Shown here: positions 10,349-21,317 of the stretch, one piece after another
Layout: every line of letters starts with the position of its first letter
Numbering within the stretch: the stretch's first letter is position 1
Source of the DNA: Bdellovibrionales bacterium
GTDB taxonomy: Bacteria; Bdellovibrionota; Bdellovibrionia; Bdellovibrionales; UBA1609
Reading direction: 5' to 3'
NCBI GenBank assembly: GCA_965200875.1
Contig: OZ241456.1
Span: 1,120,001 to 1,184,000, forward strand
DNA length: 64,000 bases
Translations under genes and position numbers: made by a program
Notes under the pieces: model-generated
Databases searched by the model: none
What the model saw: only the letters and a program-made list of their open reading frames with translations
What the model was told of the DNA's origin: nothing

Positions 10349-10687
10349 ATGGAAGATTTTAATACCTTGTGGCCAGCGGGCCTTTTTCTGATTGCTTATA
10401 CAGGCTTACTCTTTGGTGGCTTTAGCTGGATGCTTAAAAATCAAACAAAGCAAATAAATATCAAGTTTGATCAAGTCAATGCCACAATAAAGCAAATAAA
10501 TGAAAAACTGGATAATCATATCACTGATACAAATAAGAAAATTGATAATTTAAGCAATCGTATTGATGATACAAATAATCGTATTAATGACACAAATAAA
10601 AAAATTGACAATTTAAGTAATCATTTTGATTTGCGGTTTGACCGACTGTATGAACTCCTTTTGCAGGACAAAAAAAATAAAGCATAA
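10349..10687 (+). CDS. Membrane-anchored coiled-coil repeat protein, copy 4
   Basis: Paralog of copies 1-3. Confidence 0.85.
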   Translation: MEDFNTLWPAGLFLIAYTGLLFGGFSWMLKNQTKQINIKFDQVNATIKQINEKLDNHITDTNKKIDNLSNRIDDTNNRINDTNKKIDNLSNHFDLRFDRLYELLLQDKKNKA

Positions 10688-10838
10688 AATAATCGGTACC
10701 AATACTTCACCACTCGGTCTCAAACATGTGTTTTGTCCCGCACACAGAAATCAATCGCCAAAAATAAGGCACACTTTTCACTAAGGTGTAATACTTATGG
10801 GGCGACCAAGCCCATGACCAAACACAAAACGCACTTCA

Positions 10839-12455
10839 CTAAGGTGTAATACTTGTGGGGCGACCTAAGGCGCACTTCAGTACATCACAGGTTTTTACTG
10901 TGTTGTCGTTGTTCAATTCATAGTCCACCAGACAATAATGATAAAGGCATTTCTCTTCATCTCCTGTGTCTCTTGCCTCAATGGTATCACAATTCTCGTA
11001 TTTAGTATCATTTTCCTCTACGAGGTTATAATACATGAAAGAGGCTCTTCTTACTTTGCTTTCTTTTGGATCATCAACATTACCTTGTGCTTCAATATTT
11101 CTTCTCCTCATAAAAATTTTAAACTCTGAATGAAACTCTGAATCATCCAAGTCTCCATTCTCAATTATAGATTCACCATCTATAATTTCCTTATCCTTAT
11201 TTAAGAACCAAAAAGTTTGGCCAATGCCTTTAAGCCTGTTTGAATTAAACCGGTTAGCTCTTCTGTCTGGGCCAGTGCCATATATATTTCCCCACTTCCA
11301 TTTATTAGAATTATCATCACGAGCAAATGCACAGTTAGGTGGACCTCCGGAACAATCTGCCCAATTCCAAATTCGTGTTACATCTGCATCGGTGGTGGTG
11401 TCTTCATCTCCAGCTCCATCCGCATTCCCCCCCGCTGGTTTCATATTTTCTTTACAGGCTGCTTCACTAAAATATTTTCTCTGGGTTTCTCTACTACGGA
11501 GTTTCCTCTCCTCGTCTGTTATTTCAACTTCCAGACGACAAAAGTCTTTAAAATCTCCCTTTAGTTCTTCTTTCCAAATATAGTCCACAAAATCTTTGGA
11601 ACCGGAACTCACGGTATATTCATAATCAGCACTCTCCACCACACTTTCGTATCTATCCTCAAAAAGATCTGCATCGGATATAAATTCCTTCCATTTTTTG
11701 TTCTTATCCTTAGTGTAAGTGGTTCCATCCAAGAAGACTTTACAATAAGCCCCTAATTCATCAATGTCATCATAGCCCGGACAATCTGAAGGAGAATCTT
11801 CACAATGATCACTGACATAGCTTTCAAACCATTCAAAGGCAGGTTCATTTTTTTCTTCTGCAGAAAGCCAAAAAAACGGCTTACTATCTTCAATATCAAC
11901 TCTTAAAAATTCTTCAAAATTACTACTGTTAGCGGCTTCTTTAAAAAGTTGTTTAAGTATATTAAATTCATCATCTTCTTCGTATAGGATTTCTGCTATA
12001 TCTTCTTTATCGCTGATATGCGCTAAAAATTTCTTGGCTTGTCTGGAAGACATGTCTTTGATTGCTGAAACAAACTCCTGATCATCCAGATCCAAAAGAC
12101 AGTTTAGAGCTGGAAGGTTTAATTTTTTCAAATCTTTTATGTCTCCATCTCCAGTATCCTTAATAATTTTTCTAAAATCCTTGACAAGACTTTCTGATAA
12201 TTTTTCACAATCTTTTTCTGCATCTCCGGAAAAAATATCATCACAAATTTCTTTGCAGTTTTTGTCACATTTTCCAGAACCCAATTCGCTACATTTGACC
12301 TGTTTTTTAGGATCTGCTTTCTTTGGTTTTTCTCTTGTTGTGTCTCCAGCTGTTGTCTTCGTTCGCGTAGTGGGCGCGGACTTAGAACAGCTGAAAAAAG
12401 CCAAAGCCACACCAACAATTAAAACAAAAGCCAAAATAAACCTGTAAAGTTTCAT
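10839..12455 (-). CDS. Cys-rich acidic lipoprotein of unknown function
   Basis: SD AAGGAG before ATG at 12455; signal peptide with lipobox-like FFSC; many Cys. Confidence 0.75.
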   Translation of the reverse strand: MKLYRFILAFVLIVGVALAFFSCSKSAPTTRTKTTAGDTTREKPKKADPKKQVKCSELGSGKCDKNCKEICDDIFSGDAEKDCEKLSESLVKDFRKIIKDTGDGDIKDLKKLNLPALNCLLDLDDQEFVSAIKDMSSRQAKKFLAHISDKEDIAEILYEEDDEFNILKQLFKEAANSSNFEEFLRVDIEDSKPFFWLSAEEKNEPAFEWFESYVSDHCEDSPSDCPGYDDIDELGAYCKVFLDGTTYTKDKNKKWKEFISDADLFEDRYESVVESADYEYTVSSGSKDFVDYIWKEELKGDFKDFCRLEVEITDEERKLRSRETQRKYFSEAACKENMKPAGGNADGAGDEDTTTDADVTRIWNWADCSGGPPNCAFARDDNSNKWKWGNIYGTGPDRRANRFNSNRLKGIGQTFWFLNKDKEIIDGESIIENGDLDDSEFHSEFKIFMRRRNIEAQGNVDDPKESKVRRASFMYYNLVEENDTKYENCDTIEARDTGDEEKCLYHYCLVDYELNNDNTVKTCDVLKCALGRPTSITP

Positions 12456-12476
12456 TTTATACACTCCTTACAAATT

Positions 12477-13589
12477 CTACATCATTTCCACAAAATTTTC
12501 GTATTCACAACCTGCTGATTTTACACTTTCATCCAATTTTCTCCAAACCCGTTCAGAATCTATTGAACAATAAGCCAGACGAATGCACTCACTGTTTCCT
12601 CCACAAGCGTTGGAAATCACATCGTGGCCAATTTCAAAAGCAGGTTGATTTTCAATTTCCACAGCCATTTCACTGAAGGCTCTGGTTTTGTGCCCAAAAC
12701 ACTTTTTAATAAAACCCCTGAAAATCGGAAAATTAAACTGTATAAGCATGCTTCCATCCACAATTTTTTTATTTTCCTGAACTTCCTGGCTGGGTCTATC
12801 AGCTGCTTCTTCCTGTGCATCATCTACCGAATCCTCGCGTGCATTACCATTAAATTCTGTGATTGTAATTTCTTCATCTAACTCTGGCCATTCAAAGTCT
12901 TCATAGCTTTTTTCTGGTTCACTGGGAAATCTTTTAAGCTCATCATCTTCTGATCTCTTAGCTGTATATTCCTCTTTTGTTTTGATATTTTTTTCGTTGA
13001 TAACAATTTCTTCAAACTCCTCCAATGATGGAAAATCAGGTTCGGATTCAGGACCTACTAAAGCAGGACCTATATATAAAGAAGGTTCAGGTGAATATTG
13101 GTAAAGGATATTCTTTTCACCCATTGGACAATCCGCAGAAATGTTCAAACTGAAAAGCGCGCGTGCAACATGGTGATCCTGATCCTCATTTTTTAAAAAA
13201 GCAGAAACTTTAGGGTCAGTGGCAATCAAATTCAAATCTTTTTCAGCTTGTGACCATTCCGTATATGAACCGATTTTACCTAACCAAAAAGAAATTACCT
13301 GATCAACAGAAAACTGTTTACATTTTTTATAGTCAAAATAATTACACACATGCAAACATCCATCAACTCCACGACAAATAGCCTTCATTTTCTTATTCTT
13401 ATTTTTTCGTCCTCTCATAAAATTTATAGAAACTTTTTGCTGGGAAATATCCACATCCATAAAAGTTAAATTTCGTATTTTTCCTTCATCTCCTGTGTCT
13501 CTTGTATCGTCCCTTAAATTTCTAAATCCTCTGTTACAGGAAACCAAACTTAAACTGAGAAACAAAACTGATAAAATTAAAAGTTTCAC
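12477..13589 (-). CDS. Cys-containing lipoprotein of unknown function
   Basis: GGAGG SD then GTG at 13589: MKLLILSVLFLSLSLVSC lipobox; acidic central segment. Confidence 0.75.
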   Translation of the reverse strand: MKLLILSVLFLSLSLVSCNRGFRNLRDDTRDTGDEGKIRNLTFMDVDISQQKVSINFMRGRKNKNKKMKAICRGVDGCLHVCNYFDYKKCKQFSVDQVISFWLGKIGSYTEWSQAEKDLNLIATDPKVSAFLKNEDQDHHVARALFSLNISADCPMGEKNILYQYSPEPSLYIGPALVGPESEPDFPSLEEFEEIVINEKNIKTKEEYTAKRSEDDELKRFPSEPEKSYEDFEWPELDEEITITEFNGNAREDSVDDAQEEAADRPSQEVQENKKIVDGSMLIQFNFPIFRGFIKKCFGHKTRAFSEMAVEIENQPAFEIGHDVISNACGGNSECIRLAYCSIDSERVWRKLDESVKSAGCEYENFVEMM

Positions 13590-14066
13590 TTTTACCTCCC
13601 TTTTATAATCAGTTGCCCGGGACTTTATTGTTATTCCCTGCGAAGAAAGAGGCGAAAACCCCATCACAAAAATACTTTTTCACAGGTAACCAATTAATGT
13701 TATTTTAATTACCTATCGTAACATAACCCGGATTACTTAAGTAAAGTTTTATTTCAATAAACACTATACATAATAAAATATCATTTTATCAGATACTATT
13801 CATTTTTTTAATTTTTTTTAAAGTACCAATAATATATAATTATTACACACTACCAAGTAATTAGTCTTGAAAAACCTGGAACTAGGTGTGAATAAGTCCC
13901 TGTTTAGAAAAGTATAAACCTGACTTACGCATTATACGCTGTACCAAATCAATGATTTCAAGGGTTTATAAAAACCAAAGGCACTTCAGTTCAGTCTGAA
14001 GTCGTGTATTTTCTTTCATGATAAAAACTAAGAACAACAACGGGATTGGCCACCCGTAGGAGTTTA

Positions 14067-14140
14067 TGGAGGTGGCGGCCGGAATTGAACCGACGTAAAC
14101 GGATTTGCAGTCCGCTGCCTAACCCCTCGGCCACGCCACC
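14067..14140 (-). tRNA. tRNA-Cys(GCA)
   Basis: Reverse complement GGTGGCG...GCGGA-CTGCAAA-TCCGT...GGTTCAATTCC...CGCCACC-T-CCA; complete cloverleaf. Confidence 0.96.
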
Positions 14141-14411
14141 AATCAATTCATTGTATGTCATACCATGCGTAAAGTTTGTTATCCTACAAAAATCGTCAGT
14201 AAAAAAGCTTTTTATCAATACTCGACCTTGAGATGCGACAAAATCTGCCCAGATATTCGGCTTTGAGCACAAAGCGTCCTTGAAGAAAGATCCCCATTCA
14301 GCACTTGGCATGAAGTCACCAGTGGAGTATATTAAATCAACAAAAGTGTGGTAGCCAAAAAATAGAAGCCACTCCACAATTTTAAACACTTAGGATAAAA
14401 AGCTCAAGAAA

Positions 14412-15719
14412 ATGAAACCAAATAAAGAATTTTCCAAAGTGATACTTTGTGAATATCTTTTGTCCATGCAAAAGGAAGAGGCGCGAATAGAAAAAAATCA
14501 AATGATTTTAGTGGATGAACACAAAATTCACTCTGTTGGCCCCGAACCGGAGAGCCTCCCCAAGGCAAAAGAGATTATTCGCTTAAATAACCACCTTGTC
14601 TGTCCCGGACTAATTAATACGCATACTCACCTGCCTATGACTTTGTTTCGTGGAATAGGAGATCACCTCACTTTAAAAGACTGGTTGGAAAAGGTAATAT
14701 TTCCCTTGGAAAAAAAGATGATAAACCCGGACTTTATTCGTGTGGGAACAGAGCTGGCCTTATTAGAATTGATTAAAAATGGCATTACCACAGTTTGTGA
14801 TATGTACTTTCACACTCCCACTATGGCAGAAGTATTTGAATCTTATGGACTCAGAGGAGTACTGGCCGTGGATATGCTCAACTCCTTTTCCGATTGGAAA
14901 AAAGACCTAGATAATCTGTGTCGTAAATACAAAGACAAAAAAGAACCTCACATATATCCTGCTATAGCTTGTCATGCTCCTTATACCTGCCCTCCAGAGC
15001 TATTAAAATTATCAGCAGAAGAGGCTCGCAAAAGAAATATCTCACTGACTATTCATGTGGCGGAAACTCAATGGGAAATATCAGAAATAAAAAAGAAGTA
15101 CGGGAAAACTCCTGTTGCTCATCTAAAAGACTGTGGAATTTTCGGCCCCCATTGCCTGTTTGTTCACTGCACACATATAAATGATAAGGATATGAACCTT
15201 ATGGCAAAGACAAACACTCCCCTTTCCTACAATCCCGAAAGCAATATGAAGCTCAGCTCCGGCATTGCTCCTATTTTGAGGGCAATGGAAAAAGGCATTG
15301 TCATTGGCTTGGGAACGGATGGATCAGCCAGTAACAATAACCTGAATTTGTTTACGGAAATGGACACGGGAGCAAAACTGCAAAAATTGAATAATCCTAG
15401 AAAGACTGTTTCTGCAAAAGATATTTTTGCCATGACTACCTCTTCTGCGGCGAAAGCCATCAATCTTGCTCATTCTGTCGGGAGAATACAACCCGGATTC
15501 TTTGCCGATATTATTGCTTTGGATTTAAACCACCCTCACCTTTATCCCAGAAATGATCTTCTCAATCATCTTGTGTATTCCGCTACAGGTAGAGAGGTGG
15601 ACTTTATGATGTGCCACGGGAGAGTGCTTATGAAGAATGCTGAAATTCAGGGAGTGGATGTATGCAGAGTATATGCCTCCGCAGAAATGATAAAAGAACA
15701 AATAAAGCAAAATTTTTAA
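14412..15719 (+). CDS. mtaD: Amidohydrolase, MTA/SAH deaminase-like
   Basis: PGLINTHTH, HAPYTC, HVAET, NPESNMKL, GLGTDGSASNN. Confidence 0.8.
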   Translation: MKPNKEFSKVILCEYLLSMQKEEARIEKNQMILVDEHKIHSVGPEPESLPKAKEIIRLNNHLVCPGLINTHTHLPMTLFRGIGDHLTLKDWLEKVIFPLEKKMINPDFIRVGTELALLELIKNGITTVCDMYFHTPTMAEVFESYGLRGVLAVDMLNSFSDWKKDLDNLCRKYKDKKEPHIYPAIACHAPYTCPPELLKLSAEEARKRNISLTIHVAETQWEISEIKKKYGKTPVAHLKDCGIFGPHCLFVHCTHINDKDMNLMAKTNTPLSYNPESNMKLSSGIAPILRAMEKGIVIGLGTDGSASNNNLNLFTEMDTGAKLQKLNNPRKTVSAKDIFAMTTSSAAKAINLAHSVGRIQPGFFADIIALDLNHPHLYPRNDLLNHLVYSATGREVDFMMCHGRVLMKNAEIQGVDVCRVYASAEMIKEQIKQNF

Positions 15720-15727
15720 CTGGTATA

Positions 15728-17119
15728 ATGAAAAATCTTTTATCCTCTTTAACTTTTTTTCATCGTTATCTTTTTTCCAAGAGAGCAAACTCTGTTATCA
15801 GAAGAGTTTCTTTTATATGTTTTTTAGGTTTAGTTATTTCCATTGGCAGTTTATTAATTATCTTTAATTTAATGGGTGGTTTGGGCCAATCCATTAAAGA
15901 TCGGTTTTTAAAGACAGAACCTCATATTATTATTTCTTTGAAAAAAAACTCTTCTGATTCTTTTATACAAGAGCAAAAAAATAAAATTATGTCAGTGTTG
16001 GAATCTGCCAAGTTGGATTCTGGAGTATCTTCTTTTTATTTTTTTGAGAGTGTGGAATTGGTGGCACGAGCCAGAAAAGGAGTTTTTGCGGGAGTTGTGG
16101 CCAGAGGATATGATGCCATTCATTTAAAAAAATTTTTAAGCAGTCTGCAAGGAGATGACAAAATATTTTCAACAGGGGATATCTTGGATGAAACTTTGTC
16201 AGATAAGAAACAAGAAATAAAAGTAAAAATTCCAAGAAAAAATTCACTTAAGCTAGAGACAGTGCGAATGGGGAATGAGCAATTGTTTTTTGTTAAACAA
16301 AAAACAGACCCTGAGAAAAACCTTATTAAAAAAAAACAGAAAGAAATTATCATAGGCTTGGAGCTTGCGGGCGAGCTGGATTTATACGAAGCAGAAGAGG
16401 CCCTATTGATACCTGCAGAAAATCTTCTACTTCCACCTGGAGAACCTATTAACTTTGAATCCGCTTATGTAGCTTCCATTATCTCCACTCAGAATGCAAT
16501 ATGGAACTCCAGTTATATTTTTTATGATCGAGAAAATTTTCCCTCTTTCCGCGAAAACAGTTCTTATGAAGCTGGTTTTGAAATGCGTTTAAAAAAACCA
16601 GAGAATTTTTTATTGTATAAAACTACATTACAAAAAAAAGGGTTTTCTGTAGAGGCGTGGCCCGAAAGAAACTCTTCTATTTTTTTTGCTCTTAAAGTGG
16701 AAAAAGCCATTATGAGCCTTTTTTTATCTTTAGCAGGGTTTATTACTTTGTTGGCTGTTTCCTCTTTATTGGTTTTGCTCATTGTGCAGAAAAAAAGGGA
16801 AATGGGAATTTTAATGGCTATGGGCCTTCCTCTGCGAAAAATTCAAAACTTGTTTATAGGCATTGGGTTGCTGTTATGTTCTTTTGGTATGGCAGGCGCT
16901 TGGCTGTTTAGTTTATTTGTTTGTTTGTTTTTAAAATATTCCAACATTCCTTTGTTGTCTCAATTTCATGCGGAATCCCGGTTTCCCATAGAGTTTAATT
17001 TTCTTTTTATGTGCTGGCTGTTTGTTGGTGTTTTTTTACTAGCTTGTATAATGTGTATGTTGTCTGTACGGTCTCAACTTCGCTATTCTCCATCAGAACT
17101 GCTAAAAACAATCAAATAA
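15728..17119 (+). CDS. LolC/LolE-like (FtsX/MacB family) ABC permease
   Basis: N-terminal TM, large periplasmic loop, FFALKVEK, KKREMGILMAMG, C-terminal TMs; start moved to ATG at 15728. Confidence 0.85.
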   Translation: MKNLLSSLTFFHRYLFSKRANSVIRRVSFICFLGLVISIGSLLIIFNLMGGLGQSIKDRFLKTEPHIIISLKKNSSDSFIQEQKNKIMSVLESAKLDSGVSSFYFFESVELVARARKGVFAGVVARGYDAIHLKKFLSSLQGDDKIFSTGDILDETLSDKKQEIKVKIPRKNSLKLETVRMGNEQLFFVKQKTDPEKNLIKKKQKEIIIGLELAGELDLYEAEEALLIPAENLLLPPGEPINFESAYVASIISTQNAIWNSSYIFYDRENFPSFRENSSYEAGFEMRLKKPENFLLYKTTLQKKGFSVEAWPERNSSIFFALKVEKAIMSLFLSLAGFITLLAVSSLLVLLIVQKKREMGILMAMGLPLRKIQNLFIGIGLLLCSFGMAGAWLFSLFVCLFLKYSNIPLLSQFHAESRFPIEFNFLFMCWLFVGVFLLACIMCMLSVRSQLRYSPSELLKTIK

Positions 17120-17141
17120 TAACAACCTTTTTCACAGGCGA

Positions 17142-18266
17142 CTAGCCAGCTTTGGGAAGAGGTTTTTGAAATTTTTGTTTTGGGAAATTAAACTGATGAT
17201 CTATAATCTCCTTCATAAAAGAAGGTATCTCACCTGTAGGATAAATAGACCCAGAGTAATTGCCATCGGCTCTCTTGACAAGACGATCCAAAGAGTAAAT
17301 AGCTTTTACTTGGTATATGCCTTTATCATTGACCCCTAATACCTCTGCGACAGATCCAATACGGCGTGAACCATCCTGATACCTAGAAATTTGCACAATA
17401 ACATCAATAGCAGAGCTGATTTGATGTTGTAAAGCTTTTTCACTTAACTGTGAGTCAGCCCCCTGAGCCAAAGCCTCCAGTCGCACGATAGCATCATGAG
17501 GAGAGTTGGCATGTACAGTGCCCAAACAACCTTTATGTCCTGTATTCATAGCCTGCACCAACTCCAAAGCTTCACCGCCACGAACCTCACCAACAATAAT
17601 TCTGTCCGGCCTCAAACGAAGAGAGCTTTTCAACAGATCCTGAATAGTCACTTCTCCCTCTCCCATTTCATTAGCCATACGGGTTTCAAAAAACACAACA
17701 TGCTCATATTCAATCTGCAATTCACTGGAATCCTCTATTACAATGATTCTCTGACCTTTGGGAATGCGATTGCATAAAACAGAAAGCAAAGTGGTTTTAC
17801 CGGAACCTGTCCCTCCACTCACTAACACATTTTTTCCAAGTTTCATGCAAATATCTAAAAAACGAGCTACATCCAAAGTCATCGTACCAAAACGAATATA
17901 ATCTTCAAAAGTAAACTGAGTGGTGGAAAATTTACGAATAGCTATAGCTGTACCTTTTCTGGCACAGGGAGGAATCACAGCATGAATACGATAACCATTT
18001 GGGAGACGCGCATCTAAACGAGGGCTTTTATCATCAATTCTTCTGCCAACACTTTGGGCGATATTATTAGCCGCGGCTCTGACAGAATCCTCATCAGAAA
18101 AACAAGCTTCAGATCTATACACTTTTCCTGCTTTTTCAATCCAAATTTCGTCATATCGGTTAATCATCACCTCTGTCACGCTTTCGTCTTTAAGAAGACC
18201 CCAAATAGGAGATAAAAAATTCTTAATGGCGGACTCAAAAACACCTTCTTGGCTATTCTGGTTCAT
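17142..18266 (-). CDS. cpaF: CpaF/TadA family pilus/secretion ATPase
   Basis: Walker [36 protein letters not shown]. Confidence 0.92.
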   Translation of the reverse strand: MNQNSQEGVFESAIKNFLSPIWGLLKDESVTEVMINRYDEIWIEKAGKVYRSEACFSDEDSVRAAANNIAQSVGRRIDDKSPRLDARLPNGYRIHAVIPPCARKGTAIAIRKFSTTQFTFEDYIRFGTMTLDVARFLDICMKLGKNVLVSGGTGSGKTTLLSVLCNRIPKGQRIIVIEDSSELQIEYEHVVFFETRMANEMGEGEVTIQDLLKSSLRLRPDRIIVGEVRGGEALELVQAMNTGHKGCLGTVHANSPHDAIVRLEALAQGADSQLSEKALQHQISSAIDVIVQISRYQDGSRRIGSVAEVLGVNDKGIYQVKAIYSLDRLVKRADGNYSGSIYPTGEIPSFMKEIIDHQFNFPKQKFQKPLPKAG

Positions 18267-18502
18267 ATTATCAAACACCTCATAATTTTATTTTCGGCTG
18301 TATGCTCGAGAAACTAAAAAAAAACTTTCAGATAAATTGCAATTTAAGCTTATTTTCAAAGATTCCGGGAGATATTCCTTTTTGTAGCATTTTTCTTAAG
18401 TCTGACACAGTTGATTTATAATATCCATATATGCTATGTTTTAAGTATTAAATAATGAATCAACCTGCATTTGACACACTTTCAAACCACAAGCCTTTGT
18501 GA

Positions 18503-19939
18503 ATGTATTTTAAAAGTATTTTTTTATTGTTTTTCATTACCCACCCCTTGCTTTCTTATGCTCTGAATCTCTCCCAAAAATCAGTGGTACAAACTGTGTT
18601 GCAAAATTCCCTAGAGTACCAAAAAATCAAAACTGAGGAAAAAATCAGTGAGCAAAACCTTATAGAATCAGAAGCTTTTCTGGATTGGCGTCTATTCACA
18701 CAAGCCCATCTTAATACACAAGAGCAAAACACTTTAAATTTTTTTGAAAATCCCTCTCAAAAAAACTGGTCTATTGTATCTGGCGTGGAAAAAAAGTTCC
18801 TCACTGGGTCTTCTATAAAAATGCGATATTCTTATCTTAAATTCGAAAAAGATTTTAACCCTGAGTTTGAAAAAATCAGCTCTTCTCCCAATGTCACTTT
18901 TCGGCAAAAAGTAAAACTGGAAGTGGAACAGGATATGTTGAAAAACATCTTCGGCTACGCAGATAAAATGAAACTGAACATTGCCAATACACAAGCTTAT
19001 GCACAAAATTTAAAACTCCTAGAGAAAACAGAAGATTTAATCCTTCAAGCCATTCAACAATTTTGGTCCACTTACACCAGCTGGCTTTCTCTCAAATTAA
19101 AAGTCGCAAAGAAAAAAGATTATGGAAACCTCCTGCGTATCACAAGAAAAAAAAAGACATACGGTTATGTAAAACCCGGAGAACTTTACCAGATACAAGC
19201 TGAATGGGAGAAAGTAAACCAAGAATTGATTTTGCAACAAATGGATTACGAAGATCAACTCACAAAACTGCTCAATCTATTAAATATTCAACAAAAAAGT
19301 GAAGTTCATTTTACTGTCAATAACAAGCTTCCCCCACCTCCTGTTTTAAACAAAAATCTGCAAAAAACTTCCAGAACAGTTTTATTAATGCAAAAAAATC
19401 TTTTTATTGAAAAGCAAAAGCTCAGTCTGCAAAAATCAAATGCTTGGCCAACTCTTAAGTTGTTCGGTTCTTATGAAATAGGAGGTTATGATACAAATTT
19501 TTCTTCTTCTTTCAAAGGACTTACTGATATACAAAATCAAGAGCACTCCTTTGGAATAAAATTCAGCTATCCTCTGCCCTCCACCAGAGTCAGGCAAAAA
19601 CGCATTGCTATCGGCGAAGAAGCGGTTTTTGTCGCTGAATTACAAACAAAAATCACAGAAAAAGAGTTTAACCGGCTCATCGACACTACACAAAAAACTC
19701 TGCAAGCCCTATACTCTGCCCTTAAAAGCTCTAAAAAAGTCCATAAACTGAGAAACAGGTCCTATAAAGAAATAAGAAAAGCGTTTTTACAGGGCCGATT
19801 GAGTGTATTTGAGTTGATTTCTGCCAAAGAATTTTCTTTACTGGCAGAGATGGAAAAAATAAAGCTTAAAGCTCAATATCATCAGGCATTGGCGTATGCT
19901 CAGGCCGTAAGAGATAAACTCATCACTGAATATCAATAA
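18503..19939 (+). CDS. TolC-family outer membrane efflux protein
   Basis: Signal peptide; two helical OEP-like repeats; WPTLKL and GRLSVFELI motifs. Confidence 0.75.
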   Translation: MYFKSIFLLFFITHPLLSYALNLSQKSVVQTVLQNSLEYQKIKTEEKISEQNLIESEAFLDWRLFTQAHLNTQEQNTLNFFENPSQKNWSIVSGVEKKFLTGSSIKMRYSYLKFEKDFNPEFEKISSSPNVTFRQKVKLEVEQDMLKNIFGYADKMKLNIANTQAYAQNLKLLEKTEDLILQAIQQFWSTYTSWLSLKLKVAKKKDYGNLLRITRKKKTYGYVKPGELYQIQAEWEKVNQELILQQMDYEDQLTKLLNLLNIQQKSEVHFTVNNKLPPPPVLNKNLQKTSRTVLLMQKNLFIEKQKLSLQKSNAWPTLKLFGSYEIGGYDTNFSSSFKGLTDIQNQEHSFGIKFSYPLPSTRVRQKRIAIGEEAVFVAELQTKITEKEFNRLIDTTQKTLQALYSALKSSKKVHKLRNRSYKEIRKAFLQGRLSVFELISAKEFSLLAEMEKIKLKAQYHQALAYAQAVRDKLITEYQ

Positions 19940-19967
19940 TCCCTGAAAAACGAGGAGTAACTATTCA

Positions 19968-21317
19968 ATGAATACACAGTTTGACATAATTATAAAAGAT
20001 GGAATTGCTTTGCTTTCCCATCCAAAGGACCTTCACACATTGGTGGAAGAATCCGTGGATATAGGCATTGCCCAAGGATGTATTGTTAAAATTGGTTCTT
20101 TAGGAAAACAAAGCGCGAAACATATCTTTAAAGCCAAAGGGTTATATATTTTACCGGGACTTATTGATAGCCAAGTGCACTTTCGCGAACCGGGTATGGA
20201 ACACAAAGAAGACATAGAATCAGGTAGTCGATCCGCGCTCTTAGGAGGCATTACCGCATTTTTTGAGATGCCCAACACCACCCCCCCCACTACCACAAAA
20301 TCAGCCTTGAACTATAAACTAAAAAAAGCGGAAGAAGTTTCTTGGTGTGATTTTTCCTTTTTTGTTGGCGCGTCTCCTGAAAACATCCATGAATTACCTG
20401 CACTTGCAAGCGAAAAACACTGTTGTGGCGTAAAAATTTTTATGGGAAGCTCCACTGGTTCTCTTTTACTGCACGAACCGGATAAGCTGAATTATGTGCT
20501 CAAAACCCTGTCCAAAAAAACAGCTATTCACAGTGAAGATGAAATCCGCTTGAGAGAAAGAAAAAAAATTGTGCTGGCAGAACCCGGGAAGGTTCACCTG
20601 CATCCCGTATGGAGAGATCCTGAATCCGCTCTCATATCCACAAAAAAAATTGTGGAATTGGCAAAAAAACATAAACGACAAATACACATTCTACATGTCA
20701 CGACTGAAGAAGAAATGCTTTTTTTATCTCAGCATAAGGAGAACGCCACTGTGGAAGTCACTCCTCAACATCTTATCCTCAAAGCCCCGGAATGCTATGA
20801 TCGCTTGGGGACTCTGGCTCAAATGAACCCTCCTATTCGAGAAGAAAGACATCGTCAAGCTCTTTGGAGAGGAGTGCGATCTGGTGTAGTTACCATGCTG
20901 GGTTCAGATCACGCACCACACACCTTACAGGAAAAACAAAAAACTTATCCTCATTCTCCTGCCGGAATGCCTGGTACGCAAACCATGTTGCCCTTAATGT
21001 TAGACTGCGTAAATAAAAAAGAACTCAATCTGAAAAGGCTTACTGAATTAATGGCTGTTAACCCTCATCGCTATTATGGCATACAAAACCAGGGATTGAT
21101 TCGGGAAGGCTTTAAAGCCAATATCACTTTCGTGGATTTAAAGAAAAAAAGAAAAATCACTCAAAAATGGCTGGCTGGAAAATGCAAATGGTCTCCCTTC
21201 GAAAACCAAGAAACAACAGGCTGGCCTTTTGCAGTCTTGCTAAATGGAGAATGGGCCATGCGGGAAGATGAGCTTATTGGCTCCGCAAAAGGACAACCCA
21301 TTTCTTTTTCCTCTTAA
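19968..21317 (+). CDS. pyrC: Dihydroorotase (long type)
   Basis: PGLIDSQVHFREPG, EMPNT, MNPPIR, GSDHAPH. Confidence 0.9.
   Translation: MNTQFDIIIKDGIALLSHPKDLHTLVEESVDIGIAQGCIVKIGSLGKQSAKHIFKAKGLYILPGLIDSQVHFREPGMEHKEDIESGSRSALLGGITAFFEMPNTTPPTTTKSALNYKLKKAEEVSWCDFSFFVGASPENIHELPALASEKHCCGVKIFMGSSTGSLLLHEPDKLNYVLKTLSKKTAIHSEDEIRLRERKKIVLAEPGKVHLHPVWRDPESALISTKKIVELAKKHKRQIHILHVTTEEEMLFLSQHKENATVEVTPQHLILKAPECYDRLGTLAQMNPPIREERHRQALWRGVRSGVVTMLGSDHAPHTLQEKQKTYPHSPAGMPGTQTMLPLMLDCVNKKELNLKRLTELMAVNPHRYYGIQNQGLIREGFKANITFVDLKKKRKITQKWLAGKCKWSPFENQETTGWPFAVLLNGEWAMREDELIGSAKGQPISFSS

Noticed and set aside
8838..10687. CRISPR-like reading of the repeated 44-bp intergenic sequence
   Set aside because: The intervening sequences are paralogous ORFs of 340-520 bp, not unique spacers, and there are no cas genes.
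10955..13504. 21-bp identity (cttcatctcctgtgtctcttg, encoding RDTGDE) shared by the two adjacent lipoprotein genes at 10955-10975 and 13484-13504
   Set aside because: The match is real but isolated, with no further homology or structural context to interpret it.
13991..14389. 132-aa ORF and the 61-aa opposite ORF
   Set aside because: Both overlap tRNA-Cys and have no protein motifs.
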